A program made the position numbers and the translations under genes. The notes below the pieces were generated by a model. The model made no database searches. It was given only the letters and a program-made list of their open reading frames with translations, and was not told the origin of the DNA. DNA of 23,074 bases from a virus. Below, in pieces: positions 15,736 through 23,074 of the stretch. Location: IMG/VR virus record IMGVR_UViG_3300031419_000012; one strand, 5' to 3'. Position 1 is the first letter of the stretch, and each line of letters opens with the position of its first letter.

Positions 15736-16413
15736 ATGAATCTGCCCATGACTGACCAGCCAAACCGCCGCGCCCGCCAGCTTGTAACTGACCTTGAACA
15801 AATCCAGCAAGACTTATCGCAAAAGGATTTTTGCTGGTTGAATGTTGTCGATCTTACTGATTACAAGGTGTTCCATATGGTCAATGAGACTGATGGCCGT
15901 ACAACCATTTCTGTTACATGCTCGCCTAATCTGGTTTCAGTGGCATTTTGGGACACACGCAACGGGTATATGTTCAAAACTAAAACCCGGGATCCGCTTA
16001 CAGTCATGATTGCTGAAGAACCCATATGTCCGGAAGATTGGGAACAGAATCTGTTCTCACACTCTAATAACGGACCAGAGCAGGAAGGCTACTATTGGGA
16101 CTGGACCGGTTACTCGATGGCACTCACTGAACTAATAGAAGAGTGGTTCCGGGGCGACAAGCTATCTACTGATCTAATCGCCATAAATGCTTTGCGATCT
16201 TCAATCCGGGAAGTTAAAAAAATTATCGGCGTTGCTCCCTCACTGGCTGATGTAGTAAGCCTGAATAATAGCTGGCGGAACAAGTGGCACCCCTTACCAG
16301 AACTAGTGCCTGTTGACGACTACCTGATATGGCACAGGCCGTTTCTGCGCGCGCTGGCCGTCATTCACCAGCTATCTACAATCGTTCAAAATAATATGTC
16401 CGAACAGAGTTAG
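15736..16413 (+). CDS. Hypothetical protein (Trp-rich, 225 aa)
   Basis: Long ORF with an AT-rich upstream region; no family recognised. Confidence 0.7.
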   Translation: MNLPMTDQPNRRARQLVTDLEQIQQDLSQKDFCWLNVVDLTDYKVFHMVNETDGRTTISVTCSPNLVSVAFWDTRNGYMFKTKTRDPLTVMIAEEPICPEDWEQNLFSHSNNGPEQEGYYWDWTGYSMALTELIEEWFRGDKLSTDLIAINALRSSIREVKKIIGVAPSLADVVSLNNSWRNKWHPLPELVPVDDYLIWHRPFLRALAVIHQLSTIVQNNMSEQS

Positions 16414-16817
16414 CCTTTCATCTCAAAGCGGGATTTTTCAAAATCATGATATACCGCCGGGTTGCTAAAAGCGGGGAAAGTAGCATTGTGAACCGCTGAT
16501 TTTAGCGCTTCGCAGTAGGCTCTGTTGCCTTCACTGGTTCTGGCGCTTGTAACAGTGCCGTCCTGCTTAAATTCCAGATGTACCCGGCAATACTTCCCTT
16601 TCCACTTTTGCGGGTCGGCAATGTTAGCGTTGATGACGTTCCTGATTGCACGCGCCTGCGCACCCCATTCATCCTGGTCATCCCAGGTACCGGAGCCACA
16701 GCCGCCTAATGCCGTTGTCTTATGGCAATCAGAAGGGTGTAACGCCGTGCAGCCCGTAGTCAGGCTACCCAAAACCACCAGCATAGCGATCTTCACTGCT
16801 GCTTTAACGAATATCAC
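16410..16817 (-). CDS. Lipoprotein consisting of a TolA C-terminal (domain III)-like domain
   Basis: GTG 16817 follows AGGAG; signal ...LVVLGSLTTG|C. IRNVI...KGKYCRVHL..KQDGTV.....EGN.AYCEALKSAV..ATFP.....AVY..F parallels TolA-III, including its two cysteines. Confidence 0.8.
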   Translation of the reverse strand: MIFVKAAVKIAMLVVLGSLTTGCTALHPSDCHKTTALGGCGSGTWDDQDEWGAQARAIRNVINANIADPQKWKGKYCRVHLEFKQDGTVTSARTSEGNRAYCEALKSAVHNATFPAFSNPAVYHDFEKSRFEMKG

Positions 16818-16868
16818 GTATTGCTCCTGAAATTTAAACAACCCGCACCCTGCGGGCTTTTTACTGCC

Positions 16869-17231
16869 TCACAATCCCACAAGCGTGACGTGTTTCTTCA
16901 CCGTTAGCGCCTCATAAAGCGCTTTAGCCAGACTTGCAGGCTCCACTAAGCCAGCCCCTGACTGCGCCCCGTCTGGATCGGCCCGGAATGATTTAATGCG
17001 CAGCAGGGTGTTTATGCCGCTCACGCGCTCCAGTTCCAGCACCGCCAGCGTACGGTAGCATGTCCCGCTGTCCGTCTGCGTGACGTCCATCTCAATGACC
17101 GCGGCGCCGGGTGCCGCACTGTTGTAGATGACGTGACAGCGCACACCATTCAGGGTGAGCGTGTCGATAATTTCATGCAACTGCTGTACTGATTCTGCAC
17201 TGTAGGATGCGGGCATAATAAACATGGTCAT
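16869..17231 (-). CDS. Hypothetical protein (120 aa)
   Basis: ATG 17231 follows GAGGGA; no family recognised. Confidence 0.7.
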   Translation of the reverse strand: MTMFIMPASYSAESVQQLHEIIDTLTLNGVRCHVIYNSAAPGAAVIEMDVTQTDSGTCYRTLAVLELERVSGINTLLRIKSFRADPDGAQSGAGLVEPASLAKALYEALTVKKHVTLVGL

Positions 17232-17419
17232 TCCCTCTGACGTGGACTTATGAACAGCCAGCATAGGCGAAGCCGCAGAAAGGGAAAGTGATTGTTTTTC
17301 CAGCACAAATAGCGATGACAGCGGTGATAATGACTGGCGTGATGTTAATTCCAGATATGGCTGGCGCTGGTGGAACGTGCCGGCGCGGATAATTACCTCG
17401 GGCGGACGCGGGCTGGAGT

Positions 17420-17737
17420 AAAAAAACTGCCCGCGCGGGGCGGGCCAGGCGAATCAAAAGGGGGAAATCTCGTAGCACGCCTGCTGGGCGTAACCTGCAA
17501 GCGTAGCGGCATAGTACACGGGAAGTATTAGTCTTAAATTAAGAATATTCTCTGCACAAAACTGTAAATCATTCAGCTGCAGTCACGCTGCGCCAGCGCC
17601 CGCCGGCAGCAAAAAAATGACCCGCAGAAGCGGGCCAACAGAGTAGGACTTATCATTATTTTTAGAAGCTGATATTAAGAGTAGTTGAAGCGGCGCGCGC
17701 CAGCCAGCAGGCGTAAAAAAACCCGCCAGAGCGGGTT
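17420..17737 (-). terminator. Three tandem minus-strand intrinsic terminators (17420-17448, 17611-17637, 17715-17737)
   Basis: Each reads A7, then CCCGC-loop-GCGGG on the + strand, with no credible ORF between them. Confidence 0.75.
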
Positions 17738-17899
17738 AAGTCATTCAAACGGAGGTTTTATCTCACTCGCGGCCACCATACGCCGTTACAGTGAGTATGG
17801 GTAGTATAAAGCCAGTCAATTCAGATAACTGCGATAGTGCTCATGGTTTAAATCACAAACCGCTTACCCTAGCCGCATTTTCATTCAGAGGCCACCAGC

Positions 17900-18154
17900 A
17901 TGAAAAACGATACCCTTACACCCGCTCCGATCGCGTCTGCCGGCGATACGCTCTACGTTATGCAGGGTACCGCCTTATCGTTTCCGCTTGCCCCAGTGCC
18001 GCTGGTGGTGACGTTAAACGCCAGTGACGGCACGCGGGCGCAGCTTACAGTGAATAACGGAGCGGTGACGTTTGAGGGCGATCCTGACGCTGCAGCAGCG
18101 GTATTTATCGACATGGTAACGCGCCGGCACGCGCCGCTGCGTAATCGCATGTAA
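17900..18154 (+). CDS. Hypothetical protein, possibly the 5' part of an interrupted gene
   Basis: GAGG RBS; GC-rich ORF ending where the AT-rich segment begins. Confidence 0.65.
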   Translation: MKNDTLTPAPIASAGDTLYVMQGTALSFPLAPVPLVVTLNASDGTRAQLTVNNGAVTFEGDPDAAAAVFIDMVTRRHAPLRNRM

Positions 18155-18607
18155 TCCGATTACCCAATTGCCTTTACTTGACTTGTTGTAAGTCCATTTT
18201 TAAGAATAGAAAACACTGCTATTTTTGTAATAGAATAATCAATGGCTAGGAAGGGGCATCATTTAACCATATGATAGAATTAAAATCTTTGGTACATACC
18301 TTAAAATCAGAAAGTTTACTTTTAAAAATATCAGAAACGCTATTTACATCTAAATGTGGCGCTGAGGTGTATTAAGCAGCAAGGCAAGGAGCTACTTTTA
18401 AATCTGTTGCTGTTGGGTTTTTTAGTTTCAACAAGATGCTAGTTATTGAAATTATTTTTTGCAATATTTAGTAGATATTTAAATAACCAAGATAAATCCA
18501 GAGTAAAGTGAAAGTTAAAACAGGGTTGGGTTAAATATTGTCAATAACAATTGGCTTGGTTTAAAAGTGGTTGACTATGTATCATGTGTGAATATTAGAG
18601 GCATATA

Positions 18608-19108
18608 ATGTTTGGTTTCTTTAAAAAGAAAGTCAGTAGTAATCAAGTAGATTTATACATTAGCGATAAAATTCAAGGTGTTGCAGGTAAATTTTCAGCT
18701 GTGGTTGAAGCGAACAATGCCACCATTGTCGATAGTGAAGCAGTTTTATTCTTGGCTGCAGGTCTTTTTATGAATGCAACTTACATAAATGAAAATGGTA
18801 AGAAATCAGAGGCGATAAGGATTAAAGTTATTGGTTTTGTAAAATACCATTTGGATGCGGGGGATGATAAAAAAATGCTTGAGAGTTTATCCGATAGTAC
18901 CCGTTGGTTTACTCAAGGAAATATGTTTAGCCATTGGTTTATAAACCAGTTTGTCGGAGATGTTTGTGGTGCAGAAAGCAAAACCATCCACCAACAAATT
19001 TTATCAAACGAAGCGCTCGATATACTAGTAAATTTTTTACAAGAGCGAACAGATAATATCAGCAACACTCTCAATAAAGAAATATACCCATATTACACTC
19101 CATCTTAG
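18608..19108 (+). CDS. AT-rich hypothetical protein (MFGFFKKK N-terminus)
   Basis: 166-aa ORF with a GAGG RBS inside a low-GC segment at ~18155-19190. Confidence 0.8.
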   Translation: MFGFFKKKVSSNQVDLYISDKIQGVAGKFSAVVEANNATIVDSEAVLFLAAGLFMNATYINENGKKSEAIRIKVIGFVKYHLDAGDDKKMLESLSDSTRWFTQGNMFSHWFINQFVGDVCGAESKTIHQQILSNEALDILVNFLQERTDNISNTLNKEIYPYYTPS

Positions 19109-19200
19109 CTAGTTTGTATTCGGGATGGTAATATATATTAAATAACAGCCCACCTTCGCCAGAGGGTTTTTAGTCGATATTTAATTGGATATACCGTACG

Positions 19201-19314
19201 CACTATAACGGCCAGGCGATGCTCGCTCAGCGGTTAGTGGATGCGGACAAAGAGCGAGACGCGCTACGGGCAGAGATTGAGCGGTTGCGCGGCGGGCAGC
19301 AACATTCACTGTAA
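19201..19314 (+). pseudogene. Probable 3' gene remnant encoding a coiled-coil
   Basis: HYNGQAMLAQRLVDADKERDALRAEIERLRGGQQHSL*; GC content returns to backbone level; no RBS. Confidence 0.45.
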
Positions 19315-19351
19315 TCAGCATATAAGCTGTAATGAGTAATACGCAGATAAT

Positions 19352-19376
19352 AAAAAAGCCCCTTAATGGGGCTTTT
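19352..19376. terminator. Bidirectional terminator between convergent units
   Basis: AAAAAAGCCCC-TTAAT-GGGGCTTTT. Confidence 0.88.
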
Positions 19377-19503
19377 GAATAGGAGCTAATGGCAACGGAT
19401 AAGAAACTAACGCAGCTAAACTAACAAAACCTTAGAATTTATCAATATGTTTTTTGCCACAATCGCGCCACCTGGCGCTCAGCTTACCAGGCATTAATGA
19501 CGT

Positions 19504-20298
19504 TTATTCCGCTTTAGCCGGCGCAGCCTCTGCCGCTGCGGCCACCAGCTCCGGCTCAGGCTGTGGGGCGTCGGTTTTAACCTTTGCCAGCGCGATAGTG
19601 CGCAGCAGCTGCGCCTTTTCAATCGCCTCTTTAATCAGATCCTGCTCCATACCCACAACGGCGTACTTATCCAGCCCTTCCATGCGGAACAGGCTTGTCT
19701 CAGGCAGCAGTTCCAGCATGCCTTTTTCGTTCTCCGCCGTAAGATAGATCAGATGCCCTTCGGCTTGAGCGCTGTCCGGGATAAACACATAGGCACGCTG
19801 ACCGACACCCAACACGCTCAGGAACAGCATGCTTACCGCCAGCGGCAATGACTGCGCCGTATAGCTGATCGGCTGCTCTTTGTTAGCCAGCAGACCGTGC
19901 GCACCCATGTTGTACGGGTTATAGCGGGACACGCTCTCTACGCGCCACTGTCCCGCCAGCGAACCTGCCACAAACGCCTCGCCGGTGATGTTCATCGGCA
20001 GCTGTCGCATGAGGTGCTGCGCAAAGGCGTGATCCATTGACGGCATCAGCAGGCGGGCGCCCGTTTTCTCGCTGATCGCCTTGACCGCTTCTTCGCGCTC
20101 TTCGCCGTCCGCCGGCAGCGGCTGCTCATGCGCCAGCCAGTAAGACTCATTTTCATTGATCCAGACGGTAACGTCTTCCACCTGACGGGGCTGAAAGCCC
20201 AGTGAAGCCACCAGCGCGGTCTCCAGGTCAGCAGGGCTGATCTCGCCTTTGTCGTTGAGCTCGATGCTGGTCGTGCCGCTGATAATGTATTTGGTCAT
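19504..20298 (-). CDS. Hypothetical protein (264 aa, acidic)
   Basis: Long ORF in the operon directly after dut. Confidence 0.8.
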   Translation of the reverse strand: MTKYIISGTTSIELNDKGEISPADLETALVASLGFQPRQVEDVTVWINENESYWLAHEQPLPADGEEREEAVKAISEKTGARLLMPSMDHAFAQHLMRQLPMNITGEAFVAGSLAGQWRVESVSRYNPYNMGAHGLLANKEQPISYTAQSLPLAVSMLFLSVLGVGQRAYVFIPDSAQAEGHLIYLTAENEKGMLELLPETSLFRMEGLDKYAVVGMEQDLIKEAIEKAQLLRTIALAKVKTDAPQPEPELVAAAAEAAPAKAE

Positions 20299-20307
20299 GG
20301 TCAGGCC

Positions 20308-20958
20308 TTATTTGCTGGTGGTTTTCTTGGTGGTCGTGGTGGTTTTGGCGCTGGTGGTCTCGTCAGCCGCGTCAGTGTCCGCCTGCGGGGTTTCTTCAGT
20401 TGATGTTACCGGCACGTCAATGGGTGCAGGCTCTGGCGAATCCGCTGTAGTGGTATCGTCTACCGGGGTGCTGTCAGCTGCAGGAGTGGGATCGGTTTCT
20501 GCCGGCGTGGTGGAGCCAAAGCCGCCTTCGCCACGTTCTGTTTCGGACAGTTCATCAACTTCTGTCCAGGTGACCGGCTCCACCTTCTCAATGACAGCCT
20601 GCGCGATAACCATACCTGCTTTGGGCTCGATAAACGTACCGCCTTCATCGGCAATCATGCGCAGCTTAATCTCGCCGCGGTAGTCGCTGTCGATGATGGC
20701 CACGCAGTTGGCCGGGCGCAGGAAGTTAGCCGTACCCAGCCCGGAACGCGCATAAATCTTCATGCAGTAGCCTTCGGGGATCTCAACGGCCAGACCGGTG
20801 GTGATCCACCAGGCGCGCGGCTGGCGGGCGCCGCCCTGCGTCTGTACAACGTTAAGTTTCACGTCCAGCGCGGTTATATCCCACGCTGCAGCGCCTTTTG
20901 AGCCACGAAAAGGCAGGACGGCATCAGGGGTGAGGCGTTTAATCTTTACTTCTGGCAT
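20308..20958 (-). CDS. dut: Trimeric dUTPase with a long low-complexity C-terminal tail
   Basis: Motifs AAAWDI, ARSG, IIDSDYRGEI, IAQ and RGEGGFGST are all present; GGAG RBS. Confidence 0.92.
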   Translation of the reverse strand: MPEVKIKRLTPDAVLPFRGSKGAAAWDITALDVKLNVVQTQGGARQPRAWWITTGLAVEIPEGYCMKIYARSGLGTANFLRPANCVAIIDSDYRGEIKLRMIADEGGTFIEPKAGMVIAQAVIEKVEPVTWTEVDELSETERGEGGFGSTTPAETDPTPAADSTPVDDTTTADSPEPAPIDVPVTSTEETPQADTDAADETTSAKTTTTTKKTTSK

Positions 20959-20961
20959 GGC

Positions 20962-21435
20962 TTACTCCGGGTGTTTATAGGTGTAGTGGCGACGGGTGCG
21001 GTGCGAGTTTTCCTCAACGGGAACGTCGCAGTATTCCACCAGCCCGCGCTCAATGAGTTTTCTGGCTGACTGCAGGAACAGGGGATGACTTACTGCAAAG
21101 TCTTTGCGCATATCGTTGGCGGTAATAAATTTGCGATCGTTGAGCAACATCAGAATGGCGTGTTCAATTTTCCCCATTCTCAGCGGCGTAAGGCTGACGG
21201 CAAAAGAAGGGCGCATGGCCAGCGAGTATTCGCCGTCGATAGAGCGCTCAGTCAGGCCGACTTTGCACAGATCCAGCAGCGTTCCCCGGATGACGTGGGT
21301 TTCGGTGCCGGGAAGGGCGCGGGTAAAGCGCCGGCGCGTCGCGGTGCGCTCTTCTTTCAGCAGCTGCAGCACGGCCTTCGCCGTTTCCGGGTAGCGTGCG
21401 CGAAAAATTTTAAGTTTCGGTAAAATATGCTTCAA
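20962..21435 (-). CDS. Basic protein with probable tandem winged-HTH domains
   Basis: Two repeats of helix...L..L.(K/R)GL(T/V)E-wing (LLDLCKVGLTE; ARKLIERGLVE); GAGGA RBS with TTG start. Confidence 0.65.
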   Translation of the reverse strand: MKHILPKLKIFRARYPETAKAVLQLLKEERTATRRRFTRALPGTETHVIRGTLLDLCKVGLTERSIDGEYSLAMRPSFAVSLTPLRMGKIEHAILMLLNDRKFITANDMRKDFAVSHPLFLQSARKLIERGLVEYCDVPVEENSHRTRRHYTYKHPE

Positions 21436-21504
21436 AGTTCTGTTATCCTCGCCAGTGGTTTATTTCAGAAGTCCACGTCCAATGGTTATGAGTAAACCAA
21501 AGAT

Positions 21505-21535
21505 AAGGGAGCCAGCGATGGCTCCCTTTTTCTTT
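21505..21535. terminator. Terminator-like hairpin
   Basis: AAGGGAGCCA-GCGA-TGGCTCCCTT, T-rich on the + strand side, just after the stop of 21534-21992. Confidence 0.65.
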
Positions 21536-21992
21536 AGTCCTGCGTCCACTTTTCGCCCGTATCAGCACATACCACGCCATGACACACGCGTCCCTGATCC
21601 AGACGGTAAGCCATACCGCCCAGTTTGATGCGTTTGCGGCAGTGCTGCGCGCCTGACAGATAGGCATGCGGAACGGCGGAATCAATCGCCCCTTCCTCAG
21701 TGCATAAGCCGTCCTCTGCGTCGCTGTACCCGCGGGCAAACTCGCTCAGCATTTCGCGGCGATCCTCAAAGCGGATTGTTTCGCCCCGGTCCGGATCGCG
21801 GACGTATTCGATCGCGCCGTATTTCGCCAGCGTGGCGATCGTTTTGGGGTGCCTGAATATCTCCTCGCCCCAGTAATGCCCGGTGCAGGAGTCAACATAG
21901 GAGCCGTTGGAATAGGTGCCGATTGGATTTGAGACGTCGTGCGCGGTGGCCACTGCGACGAAGAAATTAACGACGTTGCCGGTAACAGACAT
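21534..21992 (-). CDS. Hypothetical protein (152 aa)
   Basis: TAATG coupling to the upstream gene. Confidence 0.78.
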   Translation of the reverse strand: MSVTGNVVNFFVAVATAHDVSNPIGTYSNGSYVDSCTGHYWGEEIFRHPKTIATLAKYGAIEYVRDPDRGETIRFEDRREMLSEFARGYSDAEDGLCTEEGAIDSAVPHAYLSGAQHCRKRIKLGGMAYRLDQGRVCHGVVCADTGEKWTQD

Positions 21993-22324
21993 TATTGCCC
22001 CGCAAAAAGCCGCTGGCGGCTGCTGAACGTGGGTTTACCCTGCTGGCTGAATGCGTCATCCACCAGCCCGACAAAACCGGCAAATTCCTTTCTGTAATAC
22101 TCCAGTAGTTTATTTGCGGCGCGATCGGTGATGTTGGAAACGTAGTAGCAGGCGCTGTGTCGGTCGCTCCAGGGCTTATCAAGGATGAGAAGCGGGGCTG
22201 CTTCTGACAGGGTGCTGACACCAAACTCCACCAGCACAGCTCCGCCGCGCATAACAGCGGTAAAGCTCAGCTGGTGGGCGTCTATGTCAAAGGTGCGGTG
22301 CAGCAGTATCTGTTGTGTGGCCAT
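21992..22324 (-). CDS. Hypothetical protein (110 aa)
   Basis: ATG ORF coupled to the downstream gene. Confidence 0.72.
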   Translation of the reverse strand: MATQQILLHRTFDIDAHQLSFTAVMRGGAVLVEFGVSTLSEAAPLLILDKPWSDRHSACYYVSNITDRAANKLLEYYRKEFAGFVGLVDDAFSQQGKPTFSSRQRLFAGQ

Positions 22325-22416
22325 CGTTAATCGCAGGTGCGTGACAGCCGGGATTGTGCGGTAAAATCGCTATGGTTACAATTTATATTTCTTTAGAATT
22401 TAATTAACTAGACAGA

Positions 22417-23073
22417 TCACTCTCCGTCCAGTATTCCGGACATTTTCCCCTTCTGGCTTTCCGAGCGGCGCAGGTAGCGCATAACAGTTTTTGGGTCTGT
22501 CCAGGTGCCTTCCTGCATGATCTGCGTAATGGTCGCGTCGCGCTCCGCCATGTCCATCGCCGCGCCCACGCGCGCGCTATGACCGGACCATTTGGAGTAG
22601 CGCCCTTTATTGTCTTTTACCGGATCTTTCCCCAGCAAATCCCAGGCATCCTTGAATATCTTCTCTGTAGCCGGGGCGCTCATGGGCTTTTCCGATATAC
22701 CGGCGGTGTTGTTGTGGCGGACGGGGCCGAATATCACGGCGTCGGGGCAGTTGATCAGCCCGGACACGTCCAGCCAGCGCAGCAGGTGGCCAGCAGCGGC
22801 TTTACTGAGGTGCTTAATCACGCCGGCAGCGGTGACCATCGTTTTTGTGTGGGTCAGGTTAACGATCACATGGCCGCTTTCGTCGATATCCAGATCGCGC
22901 ACACGGATGCGGCTCAGTTCGGACATGCGGCAAAGGGTGTTATACGCCAGATACAGAAACGCCAGGTTGCGCATGTCGGTGAGTTTGTCAGAACGGCTCA
23001 TGAGGTGCGTCAGTAACTGCAGATCCGGAAGCCGGAACGGGATCGCCTGCCCGGTGCGCTCGCCGCTTACCAC
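22417..23073 (-). CDS. cre: Cre-like tyrosine recombinase (C-terminal part; 5' end outside the window)
   Basis: GERTGQA, RNLAFL..AYNTLCR, TKT.VTAAGV.K.LS, WSGHSARVGAA.DMA, IMQEGTW and VMRY give the R-K-H-x-x-R-W-Y catalytic set collinear with P1 Cre. Confidence 0.93.
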   Translation of the reverse strand: MVSGERTGQAIPFRLPDLQLLTHLMSRSDKLTDMRNLAFLYLAYNTLCRMSELSRIRVRDLDIDESGHVIVNLTHTKTMVTAAGVIKHLSKAAAGHLLRWLDVSGLINCPDAVIFGPVRHNNTAGISEKPMSAPATEKIFKDAWDLLGKDPVKDNKGRYSKWSGHSARVGAAMDMAERDATITQIMQEGTWTDPKTVMRYLRRSESQKGKMSGILDGE

Positions 23074-23074
23074 C

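Noticed and set aside
18271-18375. 34-aa ORF in the AT-rich segment
   Set aside because: The RBS is too distant and there are no distinguishing features.
22375-22412. lox-like site downstream of cre
   Set aside because: The stretch is AT-rich but has no 13-bp inverted repeat around an 8-bp spacer.
1-23074. IS elements, tRNA/rRNA, virion or conjugation genes
   Set aside because: None were recognised, so phage-plasmid versus plain plasmid cannot be decided from this window.

Overview
This window is part of a P1-related replicon (phage-plasmid or derived plasmid) of an enterobacterial host. It has a P1-type origin (DnaA boxes, AGATCC Dam repeats, five iterons), repA, incA-like downstream iterons, a ref nuclease gene, LexA-controlled umuDC, a PAPS-reductase-like operon, a HicAB-like pair and many cargo genes (DUF2971, acyltransferase-3, a TolA-domain lipoprotein). 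At the right end is a leftward cluster with a tailed dUTPase and a Cre-like recombinase cut by the window edge. No virion or conjugation genes are visible. Five signals stand out. (1) A candidate divergent type I toxin-antitoxin locus at about 3980-4620: a 40-aa hydrophobic peptide, and a ~137-nt sRNA whose 5' end has 17 nt of perfect complementarity to the peptide's leader and whose two hairpin loops match a second leader site. (2) Two stand-alone antitoxin fragments (HigA2/NadS-like and MqsA-like) that keep only the toxin-binding domain. (3) A ~860-bp multi-motif palindrome array after incA, with no par genes beside it. (4) Very high Chi-site density. (5) An acidic-protein plus RHH operon under a palindrome-covered promoter. 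Family calls come from motif recognition and remembered reference proteins, not from database searches. Counts and coordinates were read by hand.
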